A stretch of DNA of 64,000 nucleotides, from positions 549-64,548 of the forward strand of contig DASWDU010000011.1 in NCBI GenBank assembly GCA_036395115.1, read 5' to 3'. Each line of letters begins with the position of its first letter. Position 1 is the stretch's first letter. Below are positions 43,983 to 53,530 of this stretch, piece after piece. Source of the DNA: Thermoplasmata archaeon. GTDB taxonomy: Archaea; Thermoplasmatota; Thermoplasmata; RBG-16-68-12. Position numbers and translations under genes: made by a program. The notes under the pieces are model-generated. The model ran no database searches. It was not told the DNA's origin and was given only the letters and a program-made list of their open reading frames with translations.

Positions 43983-44312
43983 GTGCCGGGAAACGCTCCC
44001 ATGCGCGTGGCGGCGACTTCGCAACTTCGGATCTATACGATCAAGGAAGGCAAGATGGAGGAGTGGCTTGACGGCTGGACGCGCGGCGTGCTCCCGCTCC
44101 GCCGCAAATTCGGATTCCGCGTCGATGGCGCATGGGTCGTCCGAGGGGAGAACCGGTTCGTCTGGGTCCTCACCTACGACGGCGGCGGGGGCTTCGAGAC
44201 GCGCGACGCCGACTACTACGCATCCCCGGAGCGCAAGGCCCTGAGCCCCGACCCCGCGCCACTCATCGAGAAGGCGGAGACGTGCTTCGTGACCTCCGCC
44301 CTTTCCCGCTGA
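43983..44312 (+). CDS. NIPSNAP-like dimeric alpha/beta-barrel protein
   Basis: LRIYTIKEGKMEEWLDGW...FGFRVDGAWVV pattern. The start could be an internal ATG. Confidence 0.5.
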   Translation: MPGNAPMRVAATSQLRIYTIKEGKMEEWLDGWTRGVLPLRRKFGFRVDGAWVVRGENRFVWVLTYDGGGGFETRDADYYASPERKALSPDPAPLIEKAETCFVTSALSR

Positions 44313-44394
44313 CGACGCCCGGTCGAGGCGTATCGGTTCATCGATCCCTTGCACGGTCGGCGGGAGGCCGCAACTCCGACGTCTTCCGGGACCT

Positions 44395-45366
44395 CTATCT
44401 CGAGTCCCCGAGCGCGCCGAGCGCCCGCAACGTGATCCACTTGCTCGGCGCATGGAGTCGTTCGAGAGCGAATCGGCGAACGCCTTCCTCTCGGTGATAG
44501 TTCGCCCCCCGCGCGAGGTCCGGGTGGACGGCCTCCAGGGTCCACCTCCCGTCCGGTCGCATCTTCTGCCTGAGCAGCGACCGCGCGGGCTCGTTCCGCG
44601 GATCGTCGCCGTATCCGAGGCGGGCGAGCGTCTCGAGGCCGACGAGGGCGTCGTAGTAGTAGTGGACTGGGTAGTGCAGGCGTTCCCACGACATGTAACG
44701 TTGGCGGCCTTCGCGGAGGAGCGTTCGCTCGAGGTAGAATTCAGCCCCCCGTTCAACCGCGTGTTTCCATCTGCGGGTCCAACGCCGACGCCCGATCACG
44801 GCGTACGCGGCCAGCGCCTCCCAGCAGTCGAGCGTCCCGTTCGGACGGCCGAAACAGTCCCACCCGCCGTCGTCGAGCTGCTGGTCGGCGAGCCAGTCGA
44901 GGGACGCCCTCACCCGGCGATCCTCCGTGAGGCCGAAGAGGATCATCATCCGCGCCGTGTTGCCGACGAAGCAGAAGTGGGGCTCGCCTCCGAGTCGGCA
45001 GAACGGCCCCTCGGACCCGCCGTAGTCCTGCAGCATGAGGTCCACCGCACGGCGGACTTTCGGGTGGCGGGCGGTGAGGCCGAGTTCGGCGAGGGCGAGC
45101 AGTCGCCAGTTCGTCGCCACATACTTCGGCCGGTACAGGCTCTCCCGGGTCTTCCAGAAGCCGCGCGGATCCTGTTCGGCGAGGATCTCCGCAGCCCATC
45201 CGCGCGTTGGGATCTGTCGGCGCGCGACGCGGGCCTGCGCCGATTCCGGCGATCGGCCCTCGACCTCCACTAGATAGCGGTACCACGCCGCCGGTTGCGC
45301 GGAGTCCGCAAGCCAAGCATCCCGCTCGCGACGGGGCACAGCGAACGGCATCGATTCGTTCCTCAT
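44395..45366 (-). CDS. prenyltransferase / squalene-oxidase-repeat protein (terpenoid cyclase-like alpha-alpha toroid)
   Basis: Repeated QxxDGGW-type motifs (QQLDDGGWDCFG, RPDGRW). 323 aa. Confidence 0.6.
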   Translation of the reverse strand: MRNESMPFAVPRRERDAWLADSAQPAAWYRYLVEVEGRSPESAQARVARRQIPTRGWAAEILAEQDPRGFWKTRESLYRPKYVATNWRLLALAELGLTARHPKVRRAVDLMLQDYGGSEGPFCRLGGEPHFCFVGNTARMMILFGLTEDRRVRASLDWLADQQLDDGGWDCFGRPNGTLDCWEALAAYAVIGRRRWTRRWKHAVERGAEFYLERTLLREGRQRYMSWERLHYPVHYYYDALVGLETLARLGYGDDPRNEPARSLLRQKMRPDGRWTLEAVHPDLARGANYHREEGVRRFALERLHAPSKWITLRALGALGDSR

Positions 45367-45393
45367 TAAGCCGAGGCCTGAGCTGGTCGGCCC

Positions 45394-45666
45394 TCAAGAT
45401 TTGCCAAATCGTTTCGTGGCCCTCGCGTGGGCGCGCGCCGCTTCGAGCTCCCGATTCCGCGGCTCCGAACCGGTCACCAGGGAGTCCAACAAGTTCCGGA
45501 CGGCCGCCGCGACGTCAACGACGGCACGATTGAACGCATCATCGTTGGCGCGCGAAGGCTTACTGAATCCCGATACCTTCCGGACGAACTGGAGCGAGGC
45601 TTCTCGGATCTCCGCGTCGGTCGCGGCAGGGTCGAAGTTGAACAAGGTCTTGATGTTCCGGCACAT
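45394..45666 (-). CDS. DUF2277-family small protein
   Basis: MCRNIKTLFNFDPAATDAEIREASLQFVRKVSG... is the DUF2277 N-terminus. Only the C-terminal 90 aa of the 298-aa ORF are kept. The upstream part overlaps the opposite strand of the SnoaL gene at 45859..46251 and is rejected. Confidence 0.6.
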   Translation of the reverse strand: MCRNIKTLFNFDPAATDAEIREASLQFVRKVSGFSKPSRANDDAFNRAVVDVAAAVRNLLDSLVTGSEPRNRELEAARAHARATKRFGKS

Positions 45667-45858
45667 GTCGTTCTCACCCCGAGGAGGCGGTAAACCCCGA
45701 ACCGATCCTATCCGGAAAATGTTTCGCGCACGAGCCCCGACGCGCCCCGTGGGCTGCCTCCAGCCGACGGGATAGAACCTCCCGATCTCCGCGAAACGCT
45801 TCACGTCCGGAACCCAGATATGGAGGCTTGCCAATGTGGGAGCGGTGGTGGGTGAGGG

Positions 45859-46251
45859 ATGAATACCGAAGGTGAGAGCCGCACCGTCCGCGGATTGATC
45901 AACGCGGTTAACGATCGTGACTGGGATCGAATTCGTGACAGTTATCGGGCGGACATCATCATGGAGCATCCCGCGTACCCGGAACCAGTCGTCGGATCCC
46001 GCCAGGTTCTCGAATATCTGAAGAAACTGATCGGGGACTTCCCGGACCTCCATGTTGAGATCGCCAACATGTTCGGCGATCGCGGATGGGTCTGTGTGGA
46101 ATCCGACATCACGAGTACATTCCGAGGGGCGCCGTTGCAGTACCCGGAGTGCGTCGTCCTCCGGGTCGAGGACGGTCAAATCGCGCGCGAACGACACTAC
46201 GTCGACCTCCTGGTGTTCCAGAGGGGATCGAGTCCGACACCGACCCGGTGA
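45859..46251 (+). CDS. SnoaL-like / NTF2-fold protein
   Basis: 130 aa (VRGLINAVNDRDWDRIRDSYRADIIMEHP...). Confidence 0.65.
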   Translation: MNTEGESRTVRGLINAVNDRDWDRIRDSYRADIIMEHPAYPEPVVGSRQVLEYLKKLIGDFPDLHVEIANMFGDRGWVCVESDITSTFRGAPLQYPECVVLRVEDGQIARERHYVDLLVFQRGSSPTPTR

Positions 46252-46280
46252 GGCTCGCACATCGGCGTGTGGATGGAAAC

Positions 46281-46337
46281 GGTTAACCAAACCGTTAAAT
46301 ATCCGGCTCGCATATCACTTAACCAGATGGTTAACCG
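46281..46337. promoter_or_regulatory. two GGTTAACC palindromes (46281-46288 and 46329-46336) flanking an AAATAT TATA-like element, overlapping the arsR start
   Basis: GGTTAACC is self-complementary, and related half-sites ACCGTTAA and TTAACCAGATGGTTAACC are present. The arrangement is typical of ArsR/SmtB autoregulatory operators. Confidence 0.4.
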
Positions 46338-46698
46338 ACTAGCGGTCGAAACGGACCTGGACGCGATCTTCGCGGCCCTGGCCCATCCGATTCGGCGGGC
46401 CATCCTCGAGCAGATCTCCGGCGACGAAGCCACCGTGGGTGAGCTCGCGGAACCGCACAAGGTGAGCTTGCCTGCGATCTCGAAGCACCTGCGCGTCCTC
46501 GAGGAGGCGGGGCTGATCCGGATCGAACCGGAGGGGCGCGTACACCGCGTCCAGATCGATGCGGCTCCGCTGAGCGCGGCGTTCGGCTGGCTCACCCGGT
46601 ACCGCGTGCTCTGGGAAGACCGGTTCGATCGGTTGGCCGAGCACCTCGAGCGAAGGCCGAGGAAGTCGAGTTCCCGAAAAGTCAGGAGGAAGACGTGA
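46327..46698 (+). CDS. ArsR/SmtB-family transcriptional regulator
   Basis: IFAALAHPIRRAILEQI...VGELAEPHKVSLPAISKHLRVLEEAGLI HTH. 123 aa. Confidence 0.75.
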   Translation: MVNRLAVETDLDAIFAALAHPIRRAILEQISGDEATVGELAEPHKVSLPAISKHLRVLEEAGLIRIEPEGRVHRVQIDAAPLSAAFGWLTRYRVLWEDRFDRLAEHLERRPRKSSSRKVRRKT

Positions 46699-47678
46699 TG
46701 CCAACACAGACGAAGAAACCAGCGAAGGGACAGGCGAAGGAGAACGAGCTCGTGGTCACGCGGACGTTCGATGCGCCGCGCGACCGCGTGTGGAAGGCGT
46801 GGACGGAGCCGGAGGAGGTCAAACGGTGGTGGGGCCCGAAAGGGTTCACGGCCCCGTTCTCCAAGATCGACCTCCGGGTCGGGGGAAAATACCTTTACTG
46901 CATGCGTTCGCCGGACGGCAAGGACTACTGGGGCACGGGCGTGTACCGCGAGGTCGTCCCCAAGACGAAGATCGTCGCCACGGACAGCTTTGCGGATGCG
47001 AACGGCAACGTCGTCCCAGCGTCTCACTACGGCTTCACCGCGGACTTCCCGCTCGAGTTGCTCGTGACGATCACACTCGAGGATGTCGGCGGAAAGACAA
47101 AGATGACGCTACGGCACTCCGGCTTCCCCGCCGGACCGGACCGAGAGGGCGCGGAGCAGGGCTGGACCGAGTCGTTCGAGAAGCTTGCGGCCTCGATCTC
47201 GGAAGGGTCCTCCGGGACGAAGTTCGTCACGGACCGGGGGAAGCGGCAGGTCGTGATGTCTCGCGTGTTCAACGCCCCGCGGGAGCGCGTCTTCCGGACC
47301 TACACGGACCCGAAGCTCATCCCTCGGTGGTGGGGCCCGCGGAGGCAGACGGCGACCGTCGAGACGATGGACGTGCGCAAGGGCGGCCGGTGGAGGTACG
47401 TCTCCCGGGACCCGGACGGAACCGAGTACGGGTTCAGGGGGGAGTACCGTGAGGTCGTCCCACCCGAGCGCCTCGTGTCCACGTTCGAGTTCGAGGGGAT
47501 GCCGGGCCACGTCCTCCTGGACACGGCGACGTTCGAGGATCTCGGCCCGAGGACGCGGGTGACGATCACGTCCCAGTTCGACTCCGTCGAGGACCTCGAG
47601 GGGATGGTCGGGTCTGGGATGGAGGGCGGGGCACGCGAGACGTGGGATCGCCTCGAGGAGCTCCTCGCGAAGACGTGA
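46695..47678 (+). CDS. tandem SRPBCC (Aha1/AHSA1-like) domain protein
   Basis: Two repeats with ...RVWKAWTEPEEVKRWWGP... and ...RVFRTYTDPKLIPRWWGP.... The start overlaps the arsR stop. Confidence 0.75.
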   Translation: MMPTQTKKPAKGQAKENELVVTRTFDAPRDRVWKAWTEPEEVKRWWGPKGFTAPFSKIDLRVGGKYLYCMRSPDGKDYWGTGVYREVVPKTKIVATDSFADANGNVVPASHYGFTADFPLELLVTITLEDVGGKTKMTLRHSGFPAGPDREGAEQGWTESFEKLAASISEGSSGTKFVTDRGKRQVVMSRVFNAPRERVFRTYTDPKLIPRWWGPRRQTATVETMDVRKGGRWRYVSRDPDGTEYGFRGEYREVVPPERLVSTFEFEGMPGHVLLDTATFEDLGPRTRVTITSQFDSVEDLEGMVGSGMEGGARETWDRLEELLAKT

Positions 47679-47722
47679 ACGGAGGACTGGGTGGACCCGC
47701 CGCCGGCTGGCCCGGCGGCGGC

Positions 47723-48085
47723 TCAATAGCCCTTCGTGTCGACGACGCAGAAGAGATTGCCTTCCGGGTCCTCGAGGACCACGAAATCCTCGCCGGGATC
47801 TCGGGGTCGGTAGCGGGTCGCGCCGAGACGGAGCAAGCGTTCGACCTCTCCCTCTTGGTCGTCCGTGTAGAGGTCGAGATGCAACACGTTCCGTTCGGGG
47901 GGCATCCCGTCGATCGATACGTTCGGTCCTTTCCCGGTCGGGTCCTTCAAGATGACGAACGGATCCTCGGGGTCGGGCGGTCGGCCGGGGCGGTACCCGA
48001 GGGCCTCCTGCCAGAAGGCCATCATTCGGTCGAAGTCTCTGACGTCGATGACGATCGACCCGATCCGCACGTTGCCCTTCTCCAT
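47723..48085 (-). CDS. VOC/glyoxalase-family protein
   Basis: Internal ATG (MEKGNVRIGSIVIDVRDFDRMMAFWQEALGY...), 120 aa. The upstream part of the ORF would overlap msrB and is rejected. Confidence 0.6.
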   Translation of the reverse strand: MEKGNVRIGSIVIDVRDFDRMMAFWQEALGYRPGRPPDPEDPFVILKDPTGKGPNVSIDGMPPERNVLHLDLYTDDQEGEVERLLRLGATRYRPRDPGEDFVVLEDPEGNLFCVVDTKGY

Positions 48086-48153
48086 GAGCCCATGACCCGA
48101 GGTTCGGGCGATAAACTTTGCTCTTGTGCTCTCCCCTGAGACCGGCCTGCGCT

Positions 48154-48540
48154 TCATCCTCGACGGAACGTGAGGGAGGCGGAGTTGATACAGTACCTCA
48201 ACCCGGTCGGCCGGGGTCCGTCGTCGAACACGTGCCCTAGGTGGGAACCGCAGTTGGCGCATTCGACCTCCGTCCGCCGCATGAACAGACTCCGATCTTC
48301 CTTCTGCCGTACGCTTTCCTTGTCGACCGGCGCCCAGAAGCTCGGCCAGCCCGTTCCGGAGTCGTACTTCGTCCCTGCGGTGAAAAGCTCCTTCCCGCAG
48401 ACGACGCATGCGTAGACGCCGGGCTCGTGGTTGTTCCAATATTCCCCGGTAAAGGGTCTCTCGGTCCCCGCGTTGATGCAAACTTCGTACTGCAATGGCG
48501 TGAGCTTTTGCCGCAGCTTCGCCTTGTCTAGCGTCTCCAC
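48154..48540 (-). CDS. msrB: peptide-methionine (R)-S-oxide reductase MsrB
   Basis: CxxC...CxxC zinc site and a catalytic RYCINSASL motif. 128 aa. Confidence 0.9.
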   Translation of the reverse strand: METLDKAKLRQKLTPLQYEVCINAGTERPFTGEYWNNHEPGVYACVVCGKELFTAGTKYDSGTGWPSFWAPVDKESVRQKEDRSLFMRRTEVECANCGSHLGHVFDDGPRPTGLRYCINSASLTFRRG

Positions 48541-48658
48541 GAGGACGAACTCAGCCTCCGCTCCGTTTTAAGCTTTCGTTTGAGCAGATAGGTTCGGACC
48601 TGCGGAATCCGATCGGTCCGGATTCGGTGCGCGAAGCCATAAGCCGGTCCGTGTTATC

Positions 48659-49267
48659 GTGGCGTCGGAGGCGGTGGTCATCCTTTCGAGGCCCGAGCTA
48701 CCGGGCCGATTCGTGGCGGCCCTTCGCGACCTCCGGGCCGAGCCACATGCCGTGGCCACGGAGGCAGTCGCCTCGCAGACTCTGCGCTCCATCGTCGAGG
48801 CGCACCATGCGAATCGAATCGTCGTCGCGAACATCCCGGCGGCGCTTCGCTCCGTCGTGGCCGACGGCCTTCGAGGATTGGCCGTTCGCTTCCTCGACGA
48901 GGTCCCCGCGGAAGAGGTCGTGAGGACGTGCGCGGACGCGGACGTCGGCGTGACGTGGGCCGAGTTCGCGGTCGCGGACGATGGCGCGGTCGTCGAGGTC
49001 GCCCACGACGATTCGGCGCGGCTTGCCGCCTCCTTGCCGATCGTGCACATCGTCCTCATCCCGAGCGAGCGGTTGGTCCAGGGCGTCGGCGAAGGGATGG
49101 CGGCGGCCGGTGAGATTCTCCGTTCGAGCGCGCCGGGCCACCGACCCACGATCACGTTCATCTCGGGCCCGAGCCGGACCGGGGACATCGAGCTTCGCCT
49201 CCTGTACGGGGTCCACGGCCCGCATTCGCTCCACGTCATGATGCTCGACTGGTACCCCGGGAGGTAG
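48659..49267 (+). CDS. lutC: LUD-domain protein (lactate utilization protein C-like)
   Basis: 202 aa of the LutC/YkgG family (GVTWAEFAVADDGAVVEV...HIVLIPSERLV). Confidence 0.7.
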   Translation: MASEAVVILSRPELPGRFVAALRDLRAEPHAVATEAVASQTLRSIVEAHHANRIVVANIPAALRSVVADGLRGLAVRFLDEVPAEEVVRTCADADVGVTWAEFAVADDGAVVEVAHDDSARLAASLPIVHIVLIPSERLVQGVGEGMAAAGEILRSSAPGHRPTITFISGPSRTGDIELRLLYGVHGPHSLHVMMLDWYPGR

Positions 49268-49355
49268 GAAGCTGCGGAAGGCGCGTCAGCGGCTCGCGGC
49301 GGAAGTCCGTCGGTCGATCGAACAGCCCGAGAGGATCGGAAAACTCTGGGAGGCG

Positions 49356-51380
49356 ATGGAGCGAGGTCGAGCGAACCGGGCCGCGACGATCCAGCAGGCC
49401 GGGCTCGACCTCCCGGCGTTTCGGGATCGCGTTCGATCGATCAAGGAGACGGCGGCCCACGATCCTTCGATCGCGGACGCCTTCGCCGATGCGGTCCGGG
49501 CGAACGGAGGACGCGTCTTCCTAGCGGCGACGGGCCGCGACGCGGTTCGGTACGTGCTTGACGTCTGCAGGGCCAACGCGGCGGACCTCCTCGTGAAGTC
49601 GAAGTCCCTCACGTCCGAGGAGATCGAGATGAACCAAGGCCTCGCGGCGGAGGGGATCCGCGCGATCGAGACGGACTTGGGTGAGCTGTTGTGCCAAGTG
49701 GCCGGGGAGAAGCCCTCCCACCTCGTCTTCCCGGCGATCCACATGACCTCGGACCGGATCGCCCGGATGCTCACGCAGGCCTACGGGGAGGCGATCGCCG
49801 CCGAACCGTCGAGCATCTTGTCCGCGGTCCGCGCGCGGCTCCGGCCGCTGTTCCTCGCGGCGAAGGTCGGCGTGACCGGAGCGAACATCGGCGTCGCGGA
49901 AACGGGATCCATCGTCGTCGAGACGAACGAGGGCAACGGCCGCCTCGTGACGAGCGTGCCCCGGGTTCACATCGCCCTCATCGGCCTCGAGAAGATCGTC
50001 CGCCGGTGGGAGGACGCCGCCGACCTCGTGCGCGGCCATGCGATCAGCGCGACCGGGCAACGCATGACGGTGTACGTATCGCTCATCTCCCAACGACAGG
50101 CGGTGACCGGAGACCCGATGGGAAGGGAATTCCATGTGATCATCCTGGACAACGGCCGCACGAAGATGCGGTCCGATCCCGCGTTCCAGGAGGCGCTCAA
50201 CTGCATCCGCTGTGGCGCGTGCATGAACGTCTGCCCGACGTACGGAGTCACGGGCGGCCACGTCTTCGGCCACATCTATCCGGGACCGATCGGCATCCCA
50301 TGGACCGCGAACGTCCACGGCCTCGAAGAGGCCGGGTTCGCACACCTCTGCGTCTCGTGCGGCCTGTGCCACGAAATCTGTCCGGTCGACATCGACATCC
50401 CGTGGATGATCGCAAAGGTGAAAGAACAAGACGTCGAAGCCCACGGCCAGCCGACCTCGGAGCGGTTCTTCATGGCCTCCGAGGCGTTCGCGAAAGTCGC
50501 GTGCCTCGCGGCGCCGCTCGCGAACGGCCTCCTCCGGGATGGTCCCGTGCGGACCCTCATGGAGTGGACCCTCGGCGTGGATCGGCGACGCACCCTGCCG
50601 TCCTTCGCGCGTCGGCCGTTGAGGGCTCGCTTCCGGGAGCGACCCGCTCGCGCGGGATCGGTCGGCAAAGTCGCATTCTTCCCCGACCTGTACGCGGAGT
50701 TCAATAACCCGGACTTGGGACTGCGGGCGATCGAACTCCTCGAACGCCTCGGGTACACGGTCGTCATCCCGGACGTGCGGTGGGGCGGGATGCCCTACGT
50801 CTCCTACGGCCGGCTCGGTAGGGCGTCGAAGGTCGCCGCGGAAAACCTGCGAGTCCTCGGTCCGCTCGTCGACGAGGGGTATGTCGTCGTCTCGACGGAG
50901 CCCACCGCGATTTACATGCTCCAAAAGGTATATCCGAAGCTCCTCGAAGGGGACGTCGCGGCGAAGGTCTCGGCGCGGTCCCGTGGGTTCTTCGAATTCG
51001 TCCAGGGGCGTCTCGGAGACTTGCCGCTGAGGCCGACCCGGGATGCGGCAGGGCTCGTCGGATTCCACATACCGTGCCACGACCGTGCGCTGTCCTCAGG
51101 CGCGCCCGCGATCCGGTTCCTCGAACGCGCGTCGTACCGCGTGCGGGTTGTGGAGACGGGCACGTGCTGCGGCATCGCGGGGACGTTCGGCATGAAACAC
51201 GGGTGGCTCGGCTATGAGCTGTCGATGGCGGTCGGAGAGAAGCTGTTCGATCAGTTCCGGGGGAGCGGCTGCGATCTCATCGCCACCGAGAGCAGCGTGT
51301 GCTCCCTCCAGTTGCACGACGGCCTGAGAGTCGATGTCCTGCATCCCCTCGACATGGTCGCGGTGGAGCCCAGCCGCTAG
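49356..51380 (+). CDS. lutB: fused LutB-like iron-sulfur protein and LutA-like CCG-domain Fe-S oxidoreductase
   Basis: The N-terminal half has a LUD domain and two 4Fe-4S motifs (CIRCGACMNVCP; CVSCGLCHEICP). The C-terminal ~260 aa carry two CCG cysteine-rich domains (HIPCHD...GTCCGIAGTFG). 674 aa. Confidence 0.75.
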   Translation: MERGRANRAATIQQAGLDLPAFRDRVRSIKETAAHDPSIADAFADAVRANGGRVFLAATGRDAVRYVLDVCRANAADLLVKSKSLTSEEIEMNQGLAAEGIRAIETDLGELLCQVAGEKPSHLVFPAIHMTSDRIARMLTQAYGEAIAAEPSSILSAVRARLRPLFLAAKVGVTGANIGVAETGSIVVETNEGNGRLVTSVPRVHIALIGLEKIVRRWEDAADLVRGHAISATGQRMTVYVSLISQRQAVTGDPMGREFHVIILDNGRTKMRSDPAFQEALNCIRCGACMNVCPTYGVTGGHVFGHIYPGPIGIPWTANVHGLEEAGFAHLCVSCGLCHEICPVDIDIPWMIAKVKEQDVEAHGQPTSERFFMASEAFAKVACLAAPLANGLLRDGPVRTLMEWTLGVDRRRTLPSFARRPLRARFRERPARAGSVGKVAFFPDLYAEFNNPDLGLRAIELLERLGYTVVIPDVRWGGMPYVSYGRLGRASKVAAENLRVLGPLVDEGYVVVSTEPTAIYMLQKVYPKLLEGDVAAKVSARSRGFFEFVQGRLGDLPLRPTRDAAGLVGFHIPCHDRALSSGAPAIRFLERASYRVRVVETGTCCGIAGTFGMKHGWLGYELSMAVGEKLFDQFRGSGCDLIATESSVCSLQLHDGLRVDVLHPLDMVAVEPSR

Positions 51381-51406
51381 GCCGTCGCCTCCGTGTCCAC
51401 GGCCGG

Positions 51407-51772
51407 TCACGTCGACATGGTGCCGCGGTAAGCCTGGCACTCCGTACAGTACCACTGCCCGAGTTCGTCGACCCAGTGCAGGGGCCTGCCGCAGCCAGGA
51501 CAAGCGAAGGAGACCCACGGGGGCCGTCCGCCCGGGGCCCACGACGGCGGCCCGGCGGCGACGTAGATGACGATGGCGACGACCAAGGCCGCTATTCCGA
51601 GGACGAGCAAAAGCGGAGCGACGAGACCGGGGCTTTGGCCGCTAAGGAGACGGGTCACCGTGTAGAAGCCGCCCACGTAAAGGGCCATGAACCCAACCAG
51701 GCTGATTAGGACTCCATCTCCACGGGCGACCATGGACAAGCCCCGCCGCCGAACACGCCTCGAGATTATCAA
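51407..51772 (-). CDS. membrane protein with a C-terminal zinc ribbon (CPGCGRPLHWVDELGQWYCTECQAYR)
   Basis: 121 aa with three predicted TM helices, then a ribbon paralogous to the 34658 protein. Confidence 0.5.
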   Translation of the reverse strand: MIISRRVRRRGLSMVARGDGVLISLVGFMALYVGGFYTVTRLLSGQSPGLVAPLLLVLGIAALVVAIVIYVAAGPPSWAPGGRPPWVSFACPGCGRPLHWVDELGQWYCTECQAYRGTMST

Positions 51773-51886
51773 CCGTGTGTGTTCGAAGGAGGGATTTCAC
51801 AAAGGGGCGGCCCGCCTCGTCCCTGGCTCGACCAAGCCGCGAGATATCTCCCGACCCACAGACGCGTCGCTGATTCGCTCGGCCTC

Positions 51887-53272
51887 TCAGGCCAGCTCGA
51901 CGTACTTCCCGGGATTCATGATTCCCTTCGGATCGAACAACCGCTTGATCTCTTTCATGAGCCGGAGGCCTTCCTGGCCTCCATGGGCCTCCATCTGCTC
52001 TCGCATGAGCGATGCCTTCTGAACTCCGATCCCGTGTTCCCCGGTCACCGTGCCTCCGACTCGAATCGCGTATCGACAGAGCTCCTCAAGTGCCGCCGTT
52101 GCCGCGCGTTGACTCGCGGGATTCGCGCGGTCGAACAGGATCGTCGGATGGACGTTCCCGTCCCCGGCGTGGCCGAGCGTCGGGATGCGAAGGCCGAGCC
52201 GACGGGCGGTCTCCTTCACGAGACCGAGGTATTCGGCCAAGCGCTCGATCGGGACCGTGACATCTTCGATTTGCACGCCGGACGCGAGTTCCTTGACGGC
52301 CAGATACGCGCGGCTCCGTGCGGAATAGAGGCGGCCCGCCTGCTCTTCGTCCGCGGCGCGGGTGAAGCCTCGCGCCCCGTGTGTCCGGAAGACCTCCTCC
52401 GCCGACGGGACGAGAGGCGCTTCCAGATCCACCAGGAGTGTGGCTTCCGCCTCCTCGAGGTCCATGCGGAACGCGGCGTTCACGGCCCTCACGGTCTCCA
52501 AGTCCATGAACTCCATGAGGTTCGCCGAGATTCGCCTCCGGCGGAGCTCTTGGATCGCACGGCCCGCGGACGGCCAATCGCCGAATGTGACGAGCATGCG
52601 GACGATCGGGACCGTGGGAAGGGGCAGGATCTTCAGGTAGGCCTCCGTCACGATTCCCAATGTCCCCTCGCTGCCGATCATCAGGTGGACAAGGTCGTAC
52701 CCTGCTCGGTTCTTCGCGAGAGGCTCGCCGAACATGGCCGTGCGGCCGTTCGCCAACACGACGCGGAGGGCGAGCACCCAGTCCCGCATCGTCCCATACC
52801 GGACGCACCGCATGCCTCCGGACCCCTCGGCAATCGCCCCGCCGGCCGTGCAGACGAAGCTGCTCGCGGGATCGGGCGGAAAGAAGAAGCCGTCCTTCCG
52901 GAGCGCGTCGTTGAGGTCGTCGAGGACGACCCCGGCCTGGACGTGGACGTACCAGTTCACCGGATCGACCTTGAGGATCCGGTTCAACCGGGTCACGTCG
53001 AGCACGATTCCTCCTTTCAGGACGACGGCCCCCGTGAGGCTCGTCCCCGCCCCGCGTGCCACGATCGGAATGCCTCGGCGGGACGCCACCTTGACGATCC
53101 GCACGATTTCGTCTTCCGTCCCGGGACGGACGACGGCGCTCGGGACGGCTTCGAAGTCGGCCATGTCCCTTTGGTAGGCACCGAGGGCGGCCTCATCGGT
53201 CACGATGTGTTCCGTACCGACAATCGTCGACAACTCCTCGGCCAAACCTTTTCGGGCAGTTCGCGCGGGCAT
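51887..53272 (-). CDS. glcD: FAD-linked oxidase (glycolate oxidase subunit GlcD / D-lactate dehydrogenase-like)
   Basis: FAD_binding_4 N-domain (IVARGAGTSLTG), then an FAD-oxidase C-domain. 461 aa. Confidence 0.8.
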   Translation of the reverse strand: MPARTARKGLAEELSTIVGTEHIVTDEAALGAYQRDMADFEAVPSAVVRPGTEDEIVRIVKVASRRGIPIVARGAGTSLTGAVVLKGGIVLDVTRLNRILKVDPVNWYVHVQAGVVLDDLNDALRKDGFFFPPDPASSFVCTAGGAIAEGSGGMRCVRYGTMRDWVLALRVVLANGRTAMFGEPLAKNRAGYDLVHLMIGSEGTLGIVTEAYLKILPLPTVPIVRMLVTFGDWPSAGRAIQELRRRRISANLMEFMDLETVRAVNAAFRMDLEEAEATLLVDLEAPLVPSAEEVFRTHGARGFTRAADEEQAGRLYSARSRAYLAVKELASGVQIEDVTVPIERLAEYLGLVKETARRLGLRIPTLGHAGDGNVHPTILFDRANPASQRAATAALEELCRYAIRVGGTVTGEHGIGVQKASLMREQMEAHGGQEGLRLMKEIKRLFDPKGIMNPGKYVELA

Positions 53273-53530
53273 CGAACGCGAATGGCCTTGAAGTCGTGAA
53301 AAGCCTTGGTGTACGCTTGGCCCCGGTAGGACTCAGGCGGGCCCGCAGGCTCCATCGGTCGTCGTAGGGGCCTTGGCGGCACTCGCGCGGGACCGATAGG
53401 TTGAAAAATGCCCATGCCATGCCGGCGCACGGGAGGAGGTCGAACGGCCTCGAAGGGCGTTTGTCGCCCGGCTTGTGAACTCCGAGTGTCGGTCGCTTGC
53501 GCTCCCGCACCGTGAATCGGGGTTGGTTCT

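Noticed and set aside
43368-44756. 462-aa minus-strand ORF spanning the membrane/NIPSNAP/prenyltransferase region
   Set aside because: Crosses three genes on mixed strands. Gly/Arg-rich translation with no motifs.
49521-51080. 519-aa minus-strand ORF opposite lutB-lutA
   Set aside because: The plus-strand frame has two ferredoxin CxxCxxCxxxCP motifs and CCG domains. The minus-strand translation is low complexity.
51779-53299. 506-aa plus-strand ORF opposite glcD
   Set aside because: Antisense to a clear FAD-linked oxidase.
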